A stretch of 56,898 nt of DNA from Octopus bimaculoides. Its lineage: Eukaryota. Shown here in pieces: positions 1-11,049 of the stretch. Within the stretch, counting starts at the first letter, position 1, and every line of letters starts with the position of its first letter. The stretch spans positions 58,021,512 through 58,078,409 of the forward strand of contig NC_068986.1 in the NCBI RefSeq assembly GCF_001194135.2. The letters are read 5' to 3'. The notes under the pieces were generated by a model, which was given only the letters and a program-made list of their open reading frames with translations, was not told where the DNA came from and did no database searches. Made by a program: the position numbers and the translations under genes.

Positions 1-104
1 GAAGATTTAGATTCAAAATTGAATGTGGCACTTATGTTTAGGCACCAGAATATAGTAGGGTATTATCCAAACAATTCTAAAAAACAAGGTGATCAAAAAT
101 CAAA

Positions 105-275
105 AAAAGCAACACGGCTTTTAAAAGTTATTGCAGTACGCACGTTTCATGCTACCCCATTTATTTAAGTAATGCGAGCATTACATTAAATGCAAAATGC
201 AGAGCAATATTGAGCTGCAAAAGGATATAGAAAATTTACTGAAAATCTCAGCAGAATGGACATATTACTGTTGTG
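105..275 (+). mobile_element. Possible very decayed CR1/L2-type RT remnant
   Basis: Short translations ATRLLKVIAV and NIELQKDIENLLKISAEW resemble the (FADD)TKL...LQ.DLD.L..W..W region, but the match is short. Confidence 0.3.
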
Positions 276-435
276 ACAACATTTAAAATTTAAGTGGGAA
301 AGAAGAATACATAAAAAAACATCTTGACATAGCCAAGACAAATAGGGAAAGTGTGAAAGGTATAGATTAATGAAACGATAACACAGAAGACAGGAGTAAA
401 TAAACTTTTCATTAATCTATACCTTACTAATATAT

Positions 436-481
<46 letters not shown>

Positions 482-904
482 GGGGGGGAGATCCATTTAG
501 ATATCTATATTTAAATATACATACACACGCTAATACATACATGTATGTCAAATTCTACAGAACATAAAATCTTTATTTATCTAACGTAACATTGCCACTA
601 GATGCTGTGTCACAACGACCATCTACACTTGGAAAGCGGTGATAATCCCCAAATTTGACATGCTTTAAGGAAAAAAATATGCTTAATGTTAAGATGAGCC
701 ATGGACATGTACTTCTGGCTCAAAACCCATCATCAGCACGACAGTTGTTCGAAATTATTTTCAGTAGCCAAGGTATTTAAACTGATGCTAAAATGTGTAG
801 GAGAGATTTATGTCCTAGGTAATTTGCATTATTTTAACAAAAATGAACAAAGAGAAATAATGCAGAGCAGCCAGACAAAAATATAGACAAATAGATTTAT
901 CCAA

Positions 905-1315
905 CTAACTTCCCCACCATTATTCAGGGGAGAGTCAGGAAGTAGATTCCTCAAGCATCTCTTCCATAGGGACCTACAAGAAGCAACCGTCGCAAGCTTC
1001 CGGCTGGATTCGCTAACGTGACCAGCTAAGAATGTGGATATCATTCAACGATCTCACTCTTCAAGCCCAATCCGCCTTCCAATTCTTGTTATTGCGGGAA
1101 TCTAATTATATGTCCGTAGTATCAGAGCTGTGACCTCTCAATGCACAGAGGTAGCGGCTTCACCTGGAGAGATACTCTGATGTCCGAGATACGCACCTTG
1201 TCGAGTAACCTTACACCAGAGATCCTTGAGAGGTACTATATTTCTGCCGCTATTGTTGACGATCTTACTTCTTCGGTCATTACCCAGCATTGATGACAAA
1301 TGCAGGTATGTACAA
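905..1315 (-). mobile_element. RTE-clade LINE, decayed fragment of the ORF C-terminal region
   Basis: The minus strand reads VHTCICHQCWVMTEEVRSSTIAAEI*YLSRISGVRLLDKVRISDIRVSLQVKPLPLCIERSQL*YYGHIIRFPQ. This matches the RTE post-RT pattern (E-W..T.....I.AAEM.FLRRI.GV...D.VR..DIR..L.V.P....IER.QLRWYGH..R) and carries in-frame stops. Confidence 0.8.
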
Positions 1316-1801
1316 ATCTACCTATCTATATGTTGGTAGATGTGTATGTGTGTATAATGTAGGCGTTAATGACAGGTTTCTAGATTTCTAATGTGTCAAA
1401 GTGACCAAAGATGTCAAAATATTCTATCACTCTAAAGTACAGGCTACAATATAAATGATGATAAGTTAAACCTCCTGAGATGCTAAATTGTAGCGAGTCT
1501 CGCGCCGAACAGCTTTTAGCTCTACTTTTGAGTACAAAAACAAATTATAATAATATATCAAGCAGTGGGAATTACACCCTTTCACTACATAGGGAGTAAT
1601 TAGTGTGTTCCTCTTATTAACTACATGATAAGCGCTATTTTAATTGCAGAATTACGTCATTCAATCACGAAATCCTCTTATGTCAATGTCCTTATACACG
1701 GCATTTTTCCTAATCTTTCGAAGAGAGGTAAATTTTTGCTTTTCTTTCCTCCTCTATAAATTCATGCATGTTTCTGTATACGTATGTATATTAAGTGTAT
1801 T

Positions 1802-1815
1802 TATCTATCTACCTG

Positions 1816-1903
<88 letters not shown>

Positions 1904-1997
1904 CCTACCTACCTACCTATCTATCTATCTATGTATCTATCTATCTGTCTGTCTATCAATCTATCTATATATCAGTCTATCTGTCTATCTATCTATC
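1802..1997. repeat. (ATCT)n microsatellite with variant units
   Basis: Read directly from the sequence; it produces the spurious YLSI-repeat ORFs. Confidence 0.97.
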
Positions 1998-4645
1998 CTT
2001 GTCTGTCTAAATACACACACACACGCATATATATATGTGCACGCACATGTGTGTGGGTACTTATACATAGGTGTGCGTGTGTATAAACGAGATCTGACCA
2101 ATAAGTGTCCGTACTATTAAATCTTTCATATGCAGTATGTTTGTGATTTACTCCGAATTCACTAAAATTATCGACATTAGAAATATGATACCTGATATAT
2201 TAAGCTTGTTGCAAATATTTCTTCAAAATTTAGTTTTTCATCTTCAAATAAAAGCCTATTACTTGAAGAGAGGTTGTTTTCGAAATTAACAATCTTCAGT
2301 ATAAAATGTAATACAATTACCTGATATAGTTGTGTGAAAGACAAAAAAAAAAAATGGAGGGAGGCTAAATAAAAAAAAAGAATTGAAAGAAATTACTGGA
2401 TAAAAGAACAAAAACTAATGGACCATAATTTGTTAAAAACGTTGTATTCAAGTGGCTACCTTGACCAATGAGATAATTCCTACCAAGTTCGAAAGCAAAG
2501 CAGCTGAAGCAGTCGACAATATTTATTAAACAAGTGGTGATTAAGAGGTCTGGTCTGATGTGAAAGCAACATTCTATAAGTCAGTGGCTGCTCTGTGGGC
2601 GGTAACAATAGCAATAGTGATTGTCCACAACTAACACAAAGCTTAGCTGACTGGGCTTAATAATGTGGAGGTAGCAGGTATGTTGTGACTAATCAACTAA
2701 TTCAAGCCTATTAATTAGTTTAAACTGTACTCAGTATGTAGAATGTCCGTTGTGAGACAAGTAGACAACCAGTTACTAGTGTTTGACACAAAAAAGTTAT
2801 TTCTGAAGTGGACGAAACTGTTATGTTACTTGCTTAGGCTTGTACCAAAAATGAACCACATGACTGATGAGCCAAATATTTTCAGTTGAACAATAGACCC
2901 CAAAATGTGCCACCTTCCCCCACAGAAATGAGATGTCATAATTTAAAAAGCCTAATTAATTTTCATTTCCTATTATTACTTTAGTTTAGTTTTTGCACTC
3001 CAAATGGATTAATGAAGTGTAATGTTGAGAAAAATAATTACATCTACACACGCACGAGAGAGACAGAGAGAGAGTGTGAGAGAGAGAGAGACAGAGAGAG
3101 AGAGATAGACAGACAGATGATGATCATGGTGATGGAGACAGAATGCATCAATCCAAAACATTTTCTAGGTCTGGATTATAAAACACTTAAATGATTCTCT
3201 CATTTGTATATGTAAGCATGTATGTGATATACACGCATACTCCTAAGTGCTCATATGTGTATTTATGTATTTATAAATACACAGAAATATCTGTGTGTAT
3301 ATGCATATGCATGTACACACTTCTACACTAGTGATAAAATATTGTGTAGCAGCCAAGTTCGTCTCCTCAAGTTCGAATGTTAGGTGGTGCAACATTTAAC
3401 ATTCATAATACCCTAAAGATAGACATGAACATTACAACTTCCCACTTAAAAATGTCAAGTCATTTGGTTCTAACCACTAGTCTTTGGCTAACCAGTTTGA
3501 TAAAGGATGATATGCGTCACATTGTTCATAAGAACCAATGCACGGTCCTCCTTTCCAAACGCAACTAAAGCTTATGCACCATGGAAAGCTTATATACACA
3601 TGTGTATGTGTGTATGTATGTATGTGTGGGTGGGTATATATATATATGTCCTTATGTATAATAACAATAACAATTGACTCATTGGTGTGCATGTATAGAC
3701 GTTTATGTATGTACACATAAGTGTACACATATATATTCATGTATTTATGTTTATTTATTTATGTATATCTATATATGTCAAAGTATGCATGCATATGCAT
3801 ATATATTTGAGTTTTTATGATTTCTATATGTTTTTTATGTTTATATTGGTATATTGTAAATTAACTCCATGAACTTTGTAAATCTATGAAGAGGCCTATA
3901 GAATCATACATGTACCTCTATTTTCATCCATTTCAACTATCAATTACTTCAGTTTACTGGAGTTATATAGATAGAATAAGGCATGTCACGTCTAGGCTGA
4001 AACAGATGTAAGACATTGTCCCTTCTTCGGTCACTTGATGTCTTTTTTAATTTTTATTACTGATATGACATATGTGTTTGTATATTGTTTTTATTGTCCT
4101 GTCCTCTTAGTTGATAAATAAGCAGGTAAATTGACATAATACAATGTCTGCAAGTTGATGAGTACCACATATTCACCTCCATTGTCTTATTGCTATATAT
4201 ATATACATACACATACACAGTGAGTTATATATGCATGTATATAGACATAACCATATATATATATATATGCATGTTTATGCACACACACACATATATAATC
4301 ATAAGTAGGGGACAAAGAAACGACATGGCAATTATTTTCTTATACACCGAAATGAGTATAAGAAAACAAATGAGATGTAGAAAAAAGGGTAAGAAGCATA
4401 TAGAAGAACACATTTCTAAATAGCTGTGTAAGATTCTAAAAAGATAGACAATTAGATATAGTTGTAAGATATTCTCGCCAGCAACATAAACATGTTTATC
4501 TTTCCATATAACTGTAGTTCTGGCTTTCTATCTATCACTAAAGAATTGGTTGCTTTACTAAGCAAACAAAATAGTCTTCGTGATAACTGACCCAGTTCAA
4601 AGAAAGGAATAATGTAAACGTGTACACGGGTGTGTGTGTATATAC

Positions 4646-4756
<111 letters not shown>

Positions 4757-5287
4757 CGCGCGCGCATATATGCACATATGTACGTGTGTGTGTGGTTTAG
4801 AATTATAGTTATAGTTGTTGAGGTTCTTATTAATGGTGCACGCACCTGAAACAAAAGAGAACATATTTTTTTATGCTGGCAGAGTCGTGAAGAATATCTT
4901 TCGACAATAATGTTGGTTGTATTCTAAGCTGTTCCGCTACAACACAAAGACGCACAGAAAGAAAAAAAAGAAAAAAGAAAAAGATAAAAAGACAGAGAGG
5001 AATTATTGTAGGCCATACGTCAGATTTGTAACGGCAGCTAAATTAACTATTGCAAACAAGTGAATAATGAATGATGCAAGAGCAGACTGCCAGCCAGACA
5101 GACGTGTTTCTCGACATTGCTCTACATAACATTATGCACTACAAATACTCCTAGTGTAAATGAGTATATAAACGAGGCAGAAAGAAAGGAAGACACCCCA
5201 GACAGACATATATGTAAAGAGATTTTTGTTTAATGGGAATAGATTCTTAGAGCTTCTTTATACTTCACGCATTATAACAGACGAACA

Positions 5288-5369
<82 letters not shown>
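5288..5369. repeat. (AAT)n microsatellite
   Basis: Read directly from the sequence. Confidence 0.97.
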
Positions 5370-5924
5370 GCGAAGTGAAAACGAAAGAATGTAAGTACAA
5401 TATCCTATAGTCAGAAACATTATCCTGCTTAGGGAGTCAATTAAATAGTAAGAAGAAAATTAGATAGAACAATTTGTCTTTTTCACTCTTGCAGTTTCTT
5501 TGAACAATGCTATAAAACAAATAACACGCTTCTAAACTAACACCCCAAACAAAGAAGAAAAGGAAAGAAAACTCTACTAAACACGTGTACTGGTTTGTAT
5601 ATACACGCACACATATACTTATAAGAAAACATGTTTATTGGAATATACAAAGCCTATATAAACTCATTAGTTGACGTTATGTAAACAAATACTTAACGTT
5701 GGAAATGGCTGACATGGGCAAAAATAAAATGCTGGATTTATATATCAAGGCTATTTTCATATATATAAGTTAAATAATATGAAGTCACAGAATACTACAT
5801 ATGAATACAAATATACTGTAGATTTTTTTTTTACTTAACTATGGTTGAGGGGTAGTTAGGTGTGAATCAGGGCGTCCTTGCTTTTCTTTCTCCAAGCGTA
5901 TAAAACAGCAATATGGTTCCAAAC

Positions 5925-6110
5925 GAAATCGAAATAGGAATACTAAAATAAGCTTTGTAGAAATAAACAGGTTGCAATCGATTATTTTGTACCCACTTGT
6001 ACTTTATTTTATTGATCCTGGGAGGATGGAAGAGAAAGTGAAGATCGACTGGGAAATTCAAAATGGAAAAGTATGTAACTAAATACTAACAGCATTAAAG
6101 CTATCAAGGC
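5925..6110 (-). mobile_element. Decayed SINE family A. Other partial copies lie at about 9225-9420(-), 9637-9715(+), 10893-10990(+), 26335-26435(+), 35385-35470(-), 39275-39360(-), 40005-40075(-), 49900-49960(-) and 55129-55245(-)
   Basis: Fragments of the same core motifs aligned by eye; boundaries are approximate. Confidence 0.55.
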
Positions 6111-6452
6111 GCTCAATCGGTGGCATGGATAGAGAGAGAGAGGGAGGGAAGAGAGAGATCCAAACTAACTAGAAAAGAGATAAAATGAGAAAGAAATAGG
6201 TGGGGAGAGAGAGAGAGAGAGAATCGAGTGGGCTCAGTTTTCAAAGACACGGCACAAGAATTTCACTCCTGAGTTTTGAGAGGGATCTCCCTAATTTTAG
6301 TGTACTATATCTCTTTCTCTCTCTCTCCCTCTCTGTATGTATATATATATATATATATATAATACACACACACACACCCGCTCACACATACGGACATACA
6401 TATATATATATATAATTTCAGTGTACATGTACATATTTACATATCTCTCTCT

Positions 6453-6488
<36 letters not shown>

Positions 6489-6954
6489 NNNNNNNNNNNN
6501 NNNNNNNNNNNNNNNNNNNNNNNNNNNNNNNNNNNNNNNNNNNNNNNNNNNNNNNNNNNNNNNNNNNNNNNTATATATATATATATATATATACTATAAT
6601 TGTTGGATATATTTTGTCGTATTAGTGGAAAAATGTTTCATTTGTTATGGGTGTAGCTGAGATCCTTATTGCTAGTTAAACAGCTATGAAACAAAGACGG
6701 TACTTGATAAGAAGCAAAGTTACATACCTTGACCATTGGGGTAATACAATGGTCTTAGTGAAATGTGAACTCATTGATATATAGTCATACATGTAGATAC
6801 TCATACATTTACTTTCTCATACGTATACACTGTCATACTTATGTACACATATATACTTCCATACACGTCTGCATAAGTATATAGAAATCATTAAAGGTGC
6901 CTCTTTGTTGTTGCTTCTTGTGCGAATTCTTCAATTATTTTCTGACATTGTAAG

Positions 6955-7075
6955 AAGATAAGTATACATTCGCTAATATAATCTATAAACACTGTCTGAA
7001 AAAATAAGGACTGGATGGTCACAACTGGAACAGTTTTGATCATAGGGTTGACCTGCTAGTAAACCAGTGACATAA
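6955..7075 (+). repeat. Second interspersed repeat (family B). Related pieces at about 10725-10790(+), 17400-17445(-), 21425-21480(+) and 31075-31240(+)
   Basis: Shared motif approximating ggtcaNNgctggaatNNNtttgatcat, with gacctg...ggctaaac-like ends and tcgacct.(c/t)tagaNNtNg-like starts. Aligned by eye only. Confidence 0.5.
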
Positions 7076-7109
7076 CAAATAGATATTATATATTGTTAAT
7101 AGGCCTTAC

Positions 7110-7275
7110 CTTCCAAGTATTTTACTGACACAGCCATGAGATACGCGGAGCTGTCGAGAGATATCACAAGGCCGTACCCCTTGGTGGGCCAATTCCACAA
7201 TCCGCTGGCGAACGGCATCTGGTAGAGGTCGACCATTTACAAATACCCCTCCTAATTGGTTAACACCTCCGTGAC
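7110..7275 (-). CDS. Pax2/5/8: Pax2/5/8 coding exon: N-terminal (PAI) part of the paired domain, (G)[54 protein letters not shown](R)
   Basis: Hand translation of the minus strand: 2 nt + 54 codons + 2 nt = 166 nt. Acceptor tttattttatttcttcttattggtgtag| (AG at 7277-7276) and donor AAG|GTAAGG (GT at 7109-7108). [18 protein letters not shown] and [34 protein letters not shown] are typical of the Pax2/5/8 class. Intron phases 1 and 2 match the conserved paired-box intron positions. Confidence 0.97.
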
Positions 7276-8511
7276 CTACACCAATAAGAAGAAATAAAAT
7301 AAATTTAAGTGCAAGTTAAATTCTTTATTTTTTTTTTTTTCGTCATACTTATAAAAAAAAGGAAATTTCAAAAATTAATTAGAGTACAGAGTTCAAGAAA
7401 ATGAAATTACTTCGAAAAAATCTAATCTAATGGAACCAGTTACATTTCAAATATCTCAGATGGACAGAATGAGATCTTGAGGAAATTCATTAATGCTTTT
7501 CTTTTTCCATTATTAAGTGCATCCTAATCAACTATCAACGATTATATTCTTTTTTCAATATTTTCACAAATATCCCCCTCCACAAAAATAGGAAAGATGA
7601 GAGGGGGGAATTTTAGCTCCAAAGATGTAGGGAATTAATTATACGTTTAGAAATTAAATTTAGATTTGCATAGCACCAACATTTACCAGCGTTGGATAAA
7701 AAGAAAACAAAAATTAAATAAACAAACAACACTTATTCCATATTTCTGATGCAAATTATTACAAGTCAAACATTCCTTCAAGTAAATATTAACTTTATTA
7801 TATTTTATCCAAATTCTAAATTGTAACTAGATAAACACGGCTTATAGAAGAAATTTCCGATAACCCCCACACACCCACTGTCTGCTGAGATGTTAGAAAT
7901 TTATCATAATGATGTTAGATGTTATAGCAAATTTTCCCTCATGTTCACAGTAAAATATAAAAAGGTGGAGAGGTGGGGTTTCTTTCATATTTATAAACTT
8001 TGTTGTATTTTCTTGAAACTTCATAACATCATATTTATTTAGGTAATCCCAAAATTCGGGTGATAATTTCTTTCTCAAAGCATTAGAAGTATAACTTTCA
8101 GTGCATTTTTAGATAGAGCAATAGTCCTTCCTAGTTTTTGTCTGTATTTATTGTTTTTATAATTATTTTTATTGAAACTTTACCACTGATAGATTTCAAA
8201 AAGTGATGAAGAAATATAGAGCAGTAATATTTGTTTGTTCTGAATATAGCACTATCTAGATGAGTGACCTAAAAATCAATAGATGGTTGTTTAACAAGCC
8301 CAGGAATACAACAAATCGCTTGGTGTAGATTTTTTTTTATCGAATATCCTTGAGTCGGTGGTTCCACACAGTACCCTCTATCATATATTAATTGCAAATG
8401 TAGTTACAAAAAACTAATTTAAATTGTGAGAGGGCTGACTATAAAGATGTGCAACAAGTTGATAACGGTTGGTGGTCCTTAATTGTTATATACTCAAAGT
8501 ATTTATGGAAC

Positions 8512-9169
8512 AATTGGTGAATGCTGCCATAATCCTTGCCTTCAGCTAATCTTTGGTAAGAAGTTTTGTTGGTCTCTCGCTCAATTGCGCTCCACACTTA
8601 ATAAGGGGGTTGCAGTCAGTGGAGTTAAGTGGCCACATTAGATGTTAGAGGTGATGTAGTCGCAGAAATTGTCTGACAGCCATGACTGAGTTCTCCTACT
8701 TGTGTGGCATGGTACAGAGTCATGTTGCCAGACATAGTGTCTTTCAGCAGCCACCCTGTTGACCCAGTACAGCACTACCTTCTCCAGGCACTTGATGTAG
8801 GCCTCCGTGTTGAGTCTGAGATCGTGTAGGAAGATGAATGGAGACATAACGTCACCATCACTAGTGGTCACTCCAAGCACCATGATGTTGACTGGATGTT
8901 TGACTTTTATCACTCTCGGTACTCTGTACTGTCCTCAAATTGACATTCTACCACTCTGAAATGTTCGTATACTGGAGCTTCCTGCGCAAATGCCAAGTAC
9001 TACAGCATGTCATTTCCAAATTTTTGTCAGAGTGAATTGCATCATGGTGCTGTTTTTCTCAGACAGTGCCCAACTAACCCTACTATACAGTCGACAAAAT
9101 CAAACACAAACAATGCACATACACAAAATTAAAAATATAAAATGGCGACAATTTACCCATCGCACTCTG
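8512..9169 (-). mobile_element. Tc1/mariner-superfamily (maT-like) transposon, internally deleted and 3'-truncated
   Basis: ORF 8638-8913 has KHPVNIMVLG...YVWQHDSVPCHTS, continuing as WPLNSTDCNPL (the WPPNSPDxNP motif) and LKARIMAAFTN. An N-terminal piece MMQFTLTKIWK*HAVVLGICAGSS...NLRTVQ starts at 9045. A terminal-like sequence CAGAGTGCGATGGGTAAATTGTCGCCATTTT ends at 9169 next to TA. Confidence 0.85.
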
Positions 9170-11049
9170 TATATGTATATGTATATATATTTATCTGTTT
9201 ACTCTAAAGCAAACTTGACTTGAAATAGAAGCACAATGCCTCATATTTGATAGGGTAGAGGTAGCATATTTAATCGATCCCAGTATTTTACCTGTACTTT
9301 ATACACTTCAGTCCGATGAAATATAAATTAGAACCTCGTTATATTTGAACGCAAGACATAAAGTGAAGTAACTCAATAGTACAAGACAATCATTCGTTCC
9401 ACTGTTTACTACATTTGTCAGTCCTGTACCTATGAAAGCCACATTGTCCCTTCAATATGTGTGTTTTGGAACAGGCAGTATTAAAATTTGATTTTTTTTC
9501 TAACTCTTCAATAGTTCAATATTTTTACTGTTTTTCATGATAAGAATAGGGATCTCCTTGGCCATTCCTTACATGTCGATGTTTTATTAGAATTCTTTAC
9601 AAGATAATTAATTCTACAGTAACAATAAAATCATTCCTTTACGTTCTGAATTCAAATCCCGCCGAAGTCAACTTTGCTTTCCGTTCTTCTGGGGTCAATA
9701 GAAATGGAGTAGATGAATTAACTACACATGCTTTCTTGAATGAGACAACTGTCTATTTAATCTAATATGCTCAGATAATCTATTGCTGTTCAGCTAAGTT
9801 TACTGTTGAATTCTAGGAAATGTAACCGTCGTACAAAATACACAAAAATTCTGCAGCAGAATTGAATTAAATCCAGGAAAAGGTGGTCCAATACCTCATC
9901 GTTCAACCATTTCTCTTCAGAACACGCACATAACAGTAGTAATACTACACAAAACGGTAATGTTAGGACTAATATGTATGTTCTATACTAAAAAGGATTT
10001 TAAAATAAATTTCCAGTCATACGTAATTTGTATCACGACACACTGCTATGAAACTACCCTTCTATGAAATTCTGAAGAATGAGTGAGAAATAGTTTGCAA
10101 TTGAACAGCTTTTAATAAGATTGATGTGATTCTCCAGAATTTCTGAGATTTGTAAATCTACATAACAATATACGCCTCTCTACGCCTGTACCTCTCCAGC
10201 AGCCCTGTAGAAAATAAATTAAGACTTCAGTTGCCCATCTACATAGTTTATGGCCGACAGCTTATCTTGGAGTCACACATGCTTGAAGCCTGTTAAATTC
10301 TGACACATTCATTATTGGTGATCTTTGAATTTTAACGACTCTAATGCCATCATTTTAACTCGTTCATTCTATTTCTGGCATATAATATTTCATAAGTCCA
10401 CATTCCGTTTATATAAATATCCAATTAGATCCCAAATCATATCATATCATACCAAACTATACAATTGTTCTCGTGCAAGCGGATATAGAGAGAAGCAGAA
10501 GAACGGAAGAAGGAATAATTTTAAATTAGAAGGGTTAATCAACATCAGTGTCCAGTACAGATGTTTCCGATGAACCAACGAAGGAATCTTCTCTTCGCGC
10601 ATCCTCGACCTGCTGAAAATGGTAGTCAAATTACTTTCAAATCATGCCCTGTAGTTTCAAAACAATTAGAGCGCATTGGATAATTTAATCCTACATGTAC
10701 TATATCTGAGAGGCAAGAGAGATGGCATTGGTACGATTGGAATACTTCTGTTCGTAGGTTTACACAACCATGTGTGACCAACAAAATCTAGGTGAACAAA
10801 AAAAGCTACCTGTTTTCAGTTATCAACCCATTTATATTTCTCTCTCACCGGCTTCACAGAGCAACAACAGCATTAATAATTGTTGTTATTATTAAATCGT
10901 TAGTGCATCGAACAGAATACTTAGCGACAATTCTTTTGGCTCTACGTTCTGAGGTAGTTTTGTAGGCGAAATTGCCTTTCGCAGTCAGTCTTTTCCGGTT
11001 GATCTAACAAACATGGAAAGAGGTAGTATAAATAGAATAAAGAGCAACA

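Noticed and set aside
10533-10615. Minus-strand acceptor ttttcag|cag followed by QVEDARREDSFVGSSETSVLDTDVD*
   Set aside because: It is not in phase with the candidate upstream Pax exon, has no donor, and resembles no family I recognise.
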